The notes below the pieces were generated by a model. It was not told the origin of the DNA. It saw nothing but the letters and a program-made list of their open reading frames with translations, and searched no databases. A program made the translations under genes and the position numbers. This document shows positions 1 through 8,279 of a stretch of DNA of 52,454 nt, piece by piece. The stretch covers positions 1 to 52,454 of the forward strand of contig JANNFC010000121.1 of the NCBI GenBank assembly GCA_031379405.1, written 5' to 3'. Origin of the DNA: Betaproteobacteria bacterium (GTDB lineage: Bacteria; Pseudomonadota; Gammaproteobacteria; Burkholderiales; SHXO01). Numbering within the stretch: position 1 is the stretch's first letter; each line of letters starts with the position of its first letter.

Positions 1-75
1 GCTCGCCAGGGTGCAAAAGTCGCCCTGGCAGTACGTCGTATCTAACTGGGAAAGTAAATCGTCGCTCGGCTCGCG

Positions 76-681
76 GTGGCGGGGCGAGCGACGATTGCCG
101 TCGCCCTGGACGTTACGCGGCGCGATAGTGTTGCGAGCGCCGTCGATCAGGTGGTGAGCGAACTAGGGCCGCTTTCGATATTGGTCAATAACGCCGGCGT
201 CGCAAACACCAAGCCCTTCCTCGAAGCAACCGACGACGACTGGAATGATGTGATCGATGTGAATCTCAACGGTGCCTGGCGCATCGCACAGGCGGTGGCC
301 AAGCACATGAGCGCCCATGGCAAAGGCGGCAGCATCATCAATATCGCCTCCATCACGGGCTTGCGCGTGGCAGGCGCGATGGCGTCGTATGCCGCTTCGA
401 AGGCCGGGTTGATTCAACTGACCAAGGCGATGGCGCTGGAACTGGCTCGTTATAAAATAAGGGTCAACGCGCTGGCGCCAGGCTACATCGAGACCGATCT
501 GAACCGGGATTTCTTTCAGAGCGCACCCGGGCAGGCGTTGATCAAGAGAGTCCCTCAGCGCCGCCTTGGAAAATTGGAGCACCTGGACGGACCACTTTTG
601 CTGCTCGCATCCGACGCCTCAGAGTTCATGACGGGTTCAGTGGTGGTGGTCGATGGAGGACATCTCGTGAGCACGCTCTAA
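76..681 (+). CDS. SDR family oxidoreductase, N-terminally disrupted (probable pseudogene)
   Basis: Classical short-chain dehydrogenase motifs are present: LVNNAG, the Ser...YxxxK catalytic set (ASYAASKAG) and PG. The same frame upstream (nt 1-42) reads ARQGAKVALAVRRI, which is SDR-like, but in-frame TAA codons at 43-45 and 55-57 separate it from the ORF. The Gly-rich NAD(P) loop would lie beyond the window edge. Confidence 0.75.
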   Translation: MAGRATIAVALDVTRRDSVASAVDQVVSELGPLSILVNNAGVANTKPFLEATDDDWNDVIDVNLNGAWRIAQAVAKHMSAHGKGGSIINIASITGLRVAGAMASYAASKAGLIQLTKAMALELARYKIRVNALAPGYIETDLNRDFFQSAPGQALIKRVPQRRLGKLEHLDGPLLLLASDASEFMTGSVVVVDGGHLVSTL

Positions 682-751
682 TCTTAAACTCCTATTCCCC
701 GCGTGCTTGGCGCGGGAAATACGAGTTGCGAGTTGCGAGTTGGCGGGCTCG

Positions 752-1573
752 CTACGGTCGAGTCGCCAGATAACTGTAGTAGTTGCTCGCGCCGAAAAAG
801 ATTCCGCGATTCGATCTCTCCACCATCGCATCGGCCCATGTATTGGCTTGTTGTGGGGACATCGCGCCGGATTTAGGCAATACCTTACGGAAAGACTCAA
901 TTCCGGGGCCCCAGTAGTCCATCTCACCGATGTCCGCGATCACATACGAAAACGAAGTCCCCAGTTTCAATCCCGTTTGCAACACTAACTCGGGCATCTG
1001 GCGCATCACTCGCGGTTGCGTCACGATGGCGTTGATAATGGTTTGCTCGTCGCGTTTACCCTGTTCGGGATCGCTGCTACCGAAAGTCATGGAGGCAAAG
1101 TCTCCGTCGAAGATGGCCGCCGTGGCGCCGGGCTTAAGGATTCTGTAGATCTCTCTCAACACCGCGCCGGGGTCGTCCACATGGCTGAGTAAAGTGTGCG
1201 CAACAACGGCGTCGAGCGAGCGATCCGGGATGCCCAGCGTATGCGAGTCCCCCGTCCTGAAGTCGATGCGATTGCCCACACCCTCTGCCTCGGCAAGGCG
1301 GGCGGCGGCCTGTGTGAGATAGGGGCTGAGGTCGATTCCGATCACCTTGCCGCTGAAACCATGGCGGCGCGCGATGGCTCGGGAAACCACACCGGTACCG
1401 CAGCCTATATCCAGCACGTCCTTGGCGTTGTCGATCTGCATGGCCTCCAGGTAGTCCTCCATCATCTCGATCACGCGCGGATGTTTGCCGCGTGCCTCTA
1501 AGCGAGCGGCGATGACATCCAAGGTGGGGTTATCCAGTTGGTTGGTAATGCGGTAGACATCGACGATGCGCAT
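752..1573 (-). CDS. class I SAM-dependent methyltransferase
   Basis: 273-aa ORF with the SAM-binding motif I VLDIGCGTG, followed by an acidic-loop (GIDLS) pattern. Confidence 0.8.
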   Translation of the reverse strand: MRIVDVYRITNQLDNPTLDVIAARLEARGKHPRVIEMMEDYLEAMQIDNAKDVLDIGCGTGVVSRAIARRHGFSGKVIGIDLSPYLTQAAARLAEAEGVGNRIDFRTGDSHTLGIPDRSLDAVVAHTLLSHVDDPGAVLREIYRILKPGATAAIFDGDFASMTFGSSDPEQGKRDEQTIINAIVTQPRVMRQMPELVLQTGLKLGTSFSYVIADIGEMDYWGPGIESFRKVLPKSGAMSPQQANTWADAMVERSNRGIFFGASNYYSYLATRP

Positions 1574-1624
1574 GCTTACTTTCTCCAGGTAAACCGTTAC
1601 AGTGAATGTTCAAGTATCGCGCAG

Positions 1625-3397
1625 TCAAGCAACAACCGCGGACCCAGCCATTGGGAGCGCTTGCGCACCCATCCTGGCTTCCCGCCACTTACGCACGGAA
1701 TTGATCACCCAAATACGTTGCGCCGCGCGTAAGTCGTCGAGTTTTATACACACCTCCTCAATCTTGCCCTCGCGCAGGAGCACTTGACGAAATACACCGG
1801 GGAGCAATCCGCATTGCAGCGGTGGCGTGATCAAACGGCCATCGCTTTCAATCACGATGTTAGCAATGGTGGATTCGGTGACTTCCCCCTCCTCATTCCA
1901 AAGCACCACATCGTCACATTCCGGATACGCGGCGGTGGCGGTTTCGTACAGACTGCGATGTGTTGTCTTGTGATAGAGAAAAGGATTGCCGCGTCGGACA
2001 GGAGTGGCGGCGATGGCGAGCGTTACAGGTTCGCTTTTGTTCGGCGGCATATCGCGCAAAACCACGTTGCAGTTCCCCGAGCGATCAACTACGAGCCGAG
2101 CCCGAAGCGCAAGCGTGGCCGATGCTGGCACTGCGCTCAGCAGAGTCTTTCTCACTTCCGCCATGTCCACCGGCACATCCAGATAGTGCGCGGAGTCGCC
2201 CAGCCGGTGCAAGTGCTCCTCCAGCAGAAAATAGCCGATGCCAGGCTCCCACAATAGCGTTTCAAGCAGCTCAAACGGCGGCGGTGCATCGGTGACGATG
2301 CGCGCCTTGAGAAGGCACTCCGCATACTCCGCAGAGCTGGTGGAATCCCACACGATGCCGCTCCCCAATCCGTATTCCACACGATTGGTTTCGCGATCGA
2401 CGACGGTCGTCCTGATCGCCACATTGAACTGTGCGCGTCGACCCGGTGCCAGATACCCCACACAACCGGTATAGACGCCGCGCGCTGTGGATTCCAATTC
2501 CGCGATGATCTGAGTGGCACGCGCTTTCGGCGCGCCGGTGATGGAGGCGGCCGGGAACAGCGCACGCACAATCTCCGAGAAACCGGCGTTCGACTGCGCT
2601 TGCACAGTCGAGGTCATCTGCCACAAGGTCGGATAGCGTTCGATATGAAACAATCTCGGCACCTTGAGGCTTCCCGTGCGCGCGATGCGCCCCAGGTCAT
2701 TGCGCACCATGTCCACGATCATCACATTCTCAGCGCGATCTTTCGCCGAATTGAGCAAGCGCAGAGCTTTCGCTTCATCGTCCTCTTTCCATAAGCCACG
2801 GCCCATGGTCCCCTTCATCGGCTTGCTGGTAATTGTATCGCCATCGATCTCGAAAAAAAGCTCCGGCGATGCGCTGCAGATGACGAAGCGTCCCATATCC
2901 AGATAGGCGCTATAGGAGGGTTTGTTGGCCTCTACCATGCGCGCGAACAAAGCCTGTGGCGATTCCTGCAACTCGCTGCATAGCCTTAGCGTGTGATTGA
3001 CTTGGTAGGTGTCTCCGGCGGCGATGAGCCGGCGTATGCGCGCAATGGCGGCGTCGTACGCTGCCTTACTCTCGCTGGCTTGCCAGGTATATCGCGGAAT
3101 GTGAGGTGAGTGCGCGATCGGGATCGAGTCGAGCATCCGCGGTTCTTCGTACAGTCCAAACCAAAGGAGAGGCAGCGCACCCGGCGCGTTTGCCATAATA
3201 GCGGCGTCGAACGCCGGCGCGGCCTCATAGCCGATGAATCCGACGGCCCAGACACCCTGTGTGCGAACCGCTTCCTCAATTTCTTGCAAGGCCGGAAATA
3301 CGTCCTGGATTCTTGCGGCATCAATGACGCGTCGTGGCGGGCCGAACGTCAGCCATCGGTTGCGGTGGCCGTCTTGTATGAGTGTGAGTGGTGTCAA
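1625..3397 (-). CDS. pabB: aminodeoxychorismate synthase component I fused to an aminotransferase class IV (aminodeoxychorismate lyase-like) domain
   Basis: 590-aa ORF. The N-terminal two thirds has the chorismate-binding enzyme signature (SPELFF, PMKGT, ENVMIVDMVRNDLGR, GAPK, GxGSGIV). The C-terminal ~200 aa is fold-type IV PLP-like (LLETLLWE..., NIVIE...TPP...GLLPGVFR). Confidence 0.85.
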   Translation of the reverse strand: MTPLTLIQDGHRNRWLTFGPPRRVIDAARIQDVFPALQEIEEAVRTQGVWAVGFIGYEAAPAFDAAIMANAPGALPLLWFGLYEEPRMLDSIPIAHSPHIPRYTWQASESKAAYDAAIARIRRLIAAGDTYQVNHTLRLCSELQESPQALFARMVEANKPSYSAYLDMGRFVICSASPELFFEIDGDTITSKPMKGTMGRGLWKEDDEAKALRLLNSAKDRAENVMIVDMVRNDLGRIARTGSLKVPRLFHIERYPTLWQMTSTVQAQSNAGFSEIVRALFPAASITGAPKARATQIIAELESTARGVYTGCVGYLAPGRRAQFNVAIRTTVVDRETNRVEYGLGSGIVWDSTSSAEYAECLLKARIVTDAPPPFELLETLLWEPGIGYFLLEEHLHRLGDSAHYLDVPVDMAEVRKTLLSAVPASATLALRARLVVDRSGNCNVVLRDMPPNKSEPVTLAIAATPVRRGNPFLYHKTTHRSLYETATAAYPECDDVVLWNEEGEVTESTIANIVIESDGRLITPPLQCGLLPGVFRQVLLREGKIEEVCIKLDDLRAAQRIWVINSVRKWREARMGAQALPMAGSAVVA

Positions 3398-3454
3398 CGG
3401 AGAAATGTCGAGAGATACGCATCGACCCGGCCCGCACTTAGACGAGTCCGAGTG

Positions 3455-6400
3455 CTATCGAGCGTGAATTTGGCCTAGATGGCGCAGCGTTTGAGCCGAC
3501 TGAAATCGAGAGCCCTGTGCTTCGAATCTGGACCAGGCTGCTTCAAGATCCTCCGCGCTTCTCATGCGAATCCCCCGTTCGCGATGAACGACGGCGGCGA
3601 GATACGGCGCATCAAGCTCACGTGCAGCTTCCAGCGCGCGCTCCCAGGCACGCTGGGCACGACGAGTCGACCCTTTGTTCCAATATAGGCATCCTTCAAG
3701 ACACATAGCCACGGGCGCGGCACCCGCATAGAGTCGGGCAATTCGGCGAAGCGCCCTCCAGGTTCGAACGGCCTGTCGATAAGCACTGCGTTGCTCCAAC
3801 TGTGTCGCGCTATCAAGTTTCGCCAGCGCCAACCACGCCTTGGCGTCATAGACGCTGGCGGCAAGCGAGGGTAAGATCGCGTGCTGACGTAGTAATCGCT
3901 CTCCCAATTCAATGTAATGATCAGCCTCCTGCAGATTCCCCTGCCACAAGGCACATACCGATAGTTTGCCATAGCAATAGCACACGACCTGGAAATCAGG
4001 CGCCACTTGAAGGACCTCGATCGCGGATAAAAGCGCACTGGACGCCAGATCGAATTCGCCGCGCTCCATGTGAATCACGGCATCAAAAGGACGGGCGTAG
4101 GCGCTGACGACGGCATCGTTTGCCTCCTCGCCCAGTTTCCCAAACTCGACAGAAAACTCTCGCGGATAGTCCAGATCTCCCCGTGCGTACTGAATGCATG
4201 CCAGTGCGCCACGGGCTGTGGCGCGTTCTCGCACCTTTCCCAGAGACTTGTAGCGCTCGTCGGCCGCCTCAATGGTGCCAATCGCCTCGCGCCATCGTCC
4301 CGCCGCGATCTGATGCACACCCATGCCCAATGCCGCCGTCGCGATCGAAACCGGATCGCCCAGGCGATGCGCGAAATCCACAGCCCGCTTATGATATCGC
4401 TGAGCGATGTTGGAGAACCCCAGAACATTCAGGGCCAAGGCGAGGCCTGAGGACGCCATGGTAGTCGCGATTCCAAGGTTCCGATTCTCGGCCCAATTCA
4501 GTGTCGTCAGGATGTCTAGAAGATAACTCTCTTGGTCGCGGAAGAAATCCATCCAACATAACGCGATCAACGCATCGATGCGTTCCTGTTCGGCGTTTCC
4601 GGGTTGCTCATTCCTGAGAGCGGGTTGGTGCCATCGGATTCGATGCCATGCTTGCACCAAGATCTGGCCAACGATACGCAGCCGCACGCCAGCGCGTGAC
4701 CTGGGATGATGGTGACCCAGGAGGCTAAGCGCACTCAACAGGTGTGTTCCCGCCGCATCGTACTGTCCCAGTCTGTACAGTACTTCACCGATCTTTCGTT
4801 CCACGCTCGCTCGTTCAACCGGGTCCCACTTGTCGCCCAACTCGGTCGAAAAGCTGCGCACCGCTTCGCGAAAGTAGGCAAGGGCCTCCACATCCGAGGC
4901 CATACGCGCGGCCTGATCTCCTGCCTTGAGTAGGTAGTGTTGCGCCTTCGGCAAGTTTTGGGCGTGCACGAAATGGTGCGCCAGGAGCCCCGTGAATTCC
5001 TCCCTCCTGTCAGGAAACAAAGATTCGATTGCCTCGGCAACCCGCTGATGCAGTTCACGCCTTCGCTCCACCAGGATGCTGTGATAACTGGCCTGTTGCA
5101 CGAGTACATGCTTGAAGATGTACTCCTGCTCCGGTATCTGACGACGCTTTCGTATGAGATCGATGTCCTGTAACTGCAACAGTGCCTGGTCCAGCTCCGA
5201 TGTCGCCTCATCTATAGCCTGCAGAATGCGACGATAGAAACTGCGTCCGATGATCGCCGCCAATCGCAGGACTTTCTTGACGTCGTCTTCCAGGCGATCG
5301 ATGCGCGCCAGGATGAGCGTCTCGATCGTGTCCGGGAGATCTATGGCATCCACGCCATCACGTGCGTCGGTTCGGCTCGATGGCGAAGGCGTGGGCGATT
5401 TATGGGCCTCTTGCAAGGAGCGAGCAATCTCCTCGATGAACAGGGGATTGCCCTCCGCTTTACGCAGAATCAAGCTCCGCAGCACCGATGTCAGTTGCCT
5501 GGCGCCGAATAGATTCTCCACCATGTGATTTGCCTCGCTATTCGAGAGCGGACTCAGCAAGATCTCTAGGTACCACTGTGAGTGGTCTCGAATCGCCAAC
5601 TGCCGCAGCCTGGTGCAGGGCGTCTCCGGATCCGGCCGTCCGGCGAACAGTATCAGCAGGGGAACGCCTCCAATCAATGGCAGCAAGTGCTCCAACAGAG
5701 CGCTGGACGCGGCATCGGCCCAATGCCAGTCTTCCAGATGAAGTACGACGGGGTGCTTCCTGGCCAGGCAATCGAACAATCTGCGGGCAGCGATAAAGAT
5801 GCGTCCCCGTACATCCGTAGGCGTGAGGTGCTCGACGAGCCCCTTTGCGACCATCGGCAGTTCCAAACCCATCAGCATGCCGAGGAAAGGCAGAAGTCCC
5901 GGCCCTTCACTACCAAAGTGGTCCGCGACAAAGCTTTCCAATTTACGCCAAGCCGCCTCGCCCGCCTCAAGTTCATCCAGGCCTGCGGCCGCGCGTAGGA
6001 TGTCGATGAAGGGTCCGTAACTAAAATTGCATCCAAAGGACATGGCATGCCCTTCCAACCAAAGTACATGCGGCGGTTGGCGATGCCGAAGCTCGCGCAG
6101 TAATCTCGATTTCCCCAATCCGGCCTCGCCGATCACTCCGATGACGCTACCTTGCCCTGCGTATAACCTCGCGATGCGCTCGCTTAGACGTGCAAGCTCC
6201 TGCTCACGTCCTATCATCGGTTGCATTTCGTCTTGAATTGCCGTCACGTCCCGTGAAGCGTGGCTGCGAGCGTCTGTGAGGCGAAACACCGGAACGGCCC
6301 TCTCGATGCCTTTGACTTTGCGCTCGCCCAGTACGTCGCAGTCGAAATGCTGGCGAATGTTCGCTCGTGTGGATTCGGTGAGAAGAATCTCGCCGGGTGC

Positions 6401-7225
6401 CGCCAGGTGCTGTATTCGTGCTGCTAAATTTGTCGTATCGCCGATAGCGGTATAGTCCATGCGCAAGTTGTCGCCGATCTTTCCGACGATCACCGGGCCC
6501 GTGTTCATGCCAATTCGCAATGGCACGCGGCCCGATGTCTTCTCCACTGCCTGTGCATGCAGTAAACGCCTTATCGCCAAAGCAGCATTCGCCGCTCGAT
6601 GAGCGTGATCTTCATGCGCGATGGGAGCACCAAACAACGCCATGAAACCATCGCCAAGAAACTGGTTGAGCGTGCCCTCGTATCGATGGATTTCGACCAA
6701 GGCGGCATCGAAGAATCTGTTGAGGAGGCGGTGCATGGCCTCGGCACCCATCGCATGGGCGATGCTGGTGGAACCTACGATGTCGCAAAAAACCACCGTA
6801 ACTTGTTTGCGCTCTCCTTCGATCGCGGCATGTAAAACGAGAATTTTTTCAGCGACGTAGGGTGGCGTATAAGAGGCGGGCGGGCGCTTCAAAACTTCCG
6901 GCTGATTGGGAAGCTTTGGCTTGCCGCACTGCGGACAGAAATTCTGCTGCGGCAAGCGCGGTGCGTAGCAGGCGTCGCACTTCTCGGAAAACGCAACCCC
7001 GCAGCGCGAGCACGAGGGCGCTAACGGGTCGTTCTCCCATTGACAGGTCGGACACAACATAGACGAGTGTTGTGATGCTCGTGAGAAGGACTCAGAGTAA
7101 TTGGCGTTTGCGGGGTAGTCAAACAATCCATAGATGAGACCAAGCCCGAACTTCTGGCAGGCGCGCGAAATGGGGTGGCTTCGCCAGCGCGATGCTAAAC
7201 TCCGCGCCAAACCGATATGCTGCAC
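3455..7225 (-). CDS. multidomain signalling protein: double zinc ribbon, class III adenylate/guanylate cyclase, AAA/STAND ATPase, TPR-like repeats
   Basis: CPTCQ...CSRCG...CDAC...CPQCG zinc ribbons. Cyclase core VTVVFCDIVGST...FLGDGFMALFGAP...GMNTGPVIVG. Walker A GEAGLGKS, then a long helical repeat region. The GTG at 7225 may be an over-extension; ATG at 7060 (MLCPTCQ) is an alternative start. Confidence 0.85.
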   Translation of the reverse strand: MQHIGLARSLASRWRSHPISRACQKFGLGLIYGLFDYPANANYSESFSRASQHSSMLCPTCQWENDPLAPSCSRCGVAFSEKCDACYAPRLPQQNFCPQCGKPKLPNQPEVLKRPPASYTPPYVAEKILVLHAAIEGERKQVTVVFCDIVGSTSIAHAMGAEAMHRLLNRFFDAALVEIHRYEGTLNQFLGDGFMALFGAPIAHEDHAHRAANAALAIRRLLHAQAVEKTSGRVPLRIGMNTGPVIVGKIGDNLRMDYTAIGDTTNLAARIQHLAAPGEILLTESTRANIRQHFDCDVLGERKVKGIERAVPVFRLTDARSHASRDVTAIQDEMQPMIGREQELARLSERIARLYAGQGSVIGVIGEAGLGKSRLLRELRHRQPPHVLWLEGHAMSFGCNFSYGPFIDILRAAAGLDELEAGEAAWRKLESFVADHFGSEGPGLLPFLGMLMGLELPMVAKGLVEHLTPTDVRGRIFIAARRLFDCLARKHPVVLHLEDWHWADAASSALLEHLLPLIGGVPLLILFAGRPDPETPCTRLRQLAIRDHSQWYLEILLSPLSNSEANHMVENLFGARQLTSVLRSLILRKAEGNPLFIEEIARSLQEAHKSPTPSPSSRTDARDGVDAIDLPDTIETLILARIDRLEDDVKKVLRLAAIIGRSFYRRILQAIDEATSELDQALLQLQDIDLIRKRRQIPEQEYIFKHVLVQQASYHSILVERRRELHQRVAEAIESLFPDRREEFTGLLAHHFVHAQNLPKAQHYLLKAGDQAARMASDVEALAYFREAVRSFSTELGDKWDPVERASVERKIGEVLYRLGQYDAAGTHLLSALSLLGHHHPRSRAGVRLRIVGQILVQAWHRIRWHQPALRNEQPGNAEQERIDALIALCWMDFFRDQESYLLDILTTLNWAENRNLGIATTMASSGLALALNVLGFSNIAQRYHKRAVDFAHRLGDPVSIATAALGMGVHQIAAGRWREAIGTIEAADERYKSLGKVRERATARGALACIQYARGDLDYPREFSVEFGKLGEEANDAVVSAYARPFDAVIHMERGEFDLASSALLSAIEVLQVAPDFQVVCYCYGKLSVCALWQGNLQEADHYIELGERLLRQHAILPSLAASVYDAKAWLALAKLDSATQLEQRSAYRQAVRTWRALRRIARLYAGAAPVAMCLEGCLYWNKGSTRRAQRAWERALEAARELDAPYLAAVVHRERGIRMRSAEDLEAAWSRFEAQGSRFQSAQTLRHLGQIHAR

Positions 7226-7253
7226 ACGGCGTCGCCAAAATGAACTGCTTTGA

Positions 7254-8132
7254 ATGACCCCGATCCTCGAAACTCAGCTTAGATCCCTGCGTTTTCTTCA
7301 CCGCGGGAAAGTGCGCGATCTGTATGAGATCGATAGCGAGCGGCTGCTCGTGATCCAGACCGATCGGCTTTCCGCCTTCGATGTGATCTTACCGACCCCT
7401 ATTCCCGGTAAGGGTGAGGTGCTTACCACTGTGTCCATCTTCTGGTTCAAGAAGCTGTCGCACGTCATTCCTAATCACTATCTCGATACTCCGCCCGAAT
7501 CGGTAGTGGCGCCCAACGAGCGCGATCAGGTCGCGGGCCGGGCGATGGTGGTGAAGCGCTACAAACCGCTACCCATCGAAGCCATTGTGCGCGGCTATGT
7601 GGCCGGATCGGGCTGGAAGGATTATCAGAAGACCGGCGCGATCTGTGGTATCGCACTACCGCGAGGGATGCGGGAAGCGGAAAAACTTCCCGGTGCAATC
7701 TTCACCCCCTCGACCAAGGCGCCCAAAGGTTCGCATGACGAGAATATCGACTACGCCGAAGCCGAGCGTTTGCTGGGCCAGGAACCGGCGGCGCTGGTGC
7801 GCGCAAAGACCATCGCGCTCTACACCGAGGCCGCGACTTACGCCGCGGCACGCGGAATCATCATCGCCGACACCAAGTTCGAATTCGGCACCGACGCTTC
7901 GGGGAAAATGCACTTGATCGACGAGGCGCTGACGCCCGATTCGTCGCGCTTCTGGCCCATGGAGAGTTATAAGCCGGGCAGCAGTCCTCCCAGCTTCGAC
8001 AAGCAGTTCGTGCGCGATTGGTTGGAGACGCAGAATTGGAATAAGCAGCCGCCCGCGCCTGCGCTGCCACAGGACGTTCTGCTGAAGACCGCCGGAAAAT
8101 ATCGGGAGGCGGTGACACGCTTGATTGGCTAG
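7254..8132 (+). CDS. purC: phosphoribosylaminoimidazole-succinocarboxamide synthase (SAICAR synthetase, long form)
   Basis: GKVRDLYE...[14 protein letters not shown]...ADTKFEFG motifs; 292 aa. Confidence 0.93.
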   Translation: MTPILETQLRSLRFLHRGKVRDLYEIDSERLLVIQTDRLSAFDVILPTPIPGKGEVLTTVSIFWFKKLSHVIPNHYLDTPPESVVAPNERDQVAGRAMVVKRYKPLPIEAIVRGYVAGSGWKDYQKTGAICGIALPRGMREAEKLPGAIFTPSTKAPKGSHDENIDYAEAERLLGQEPAALVRAKTIALYTEAATYAAARGIIIADTKFEFGTDASGKMHLIDEALTPDSSRFWPMESYKPGSSPPSFDKQFVRDWLETQNWNKQPPAPALPQDVLLKTAGKYREAVTRLIG

Positions 8133-8177
8133 GTTCAAGCAACATCGAAGCGAATCTTGTAATCGCACGGAGACAAT

Positions 8178-8221
8178 GTAGGCTGCGCTTTGCGCACCGT
8201 GGTGCGTGGAACGCACCCTAC
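8178..8221. repeat. REP-like imperfect palindromic element (family GTAGGGTGCGTTCCNCGCACC)
   Basis: GTAGGCTGCGCTTTGCGCACC-GT-GGTGCGTGGAACGCACCCTAC. Two arms are related by reverse complementation, and the element is intergenic after purC. Related copies lie at 11153-11189 and 25988-26012. Confidence 0.6.
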
Positions 8222-8279
8222 TCCTATCGTAGCGAGGGCAGGTTCTAATGAAAAATCTACTACTGTCCCTTGGCAGTAA

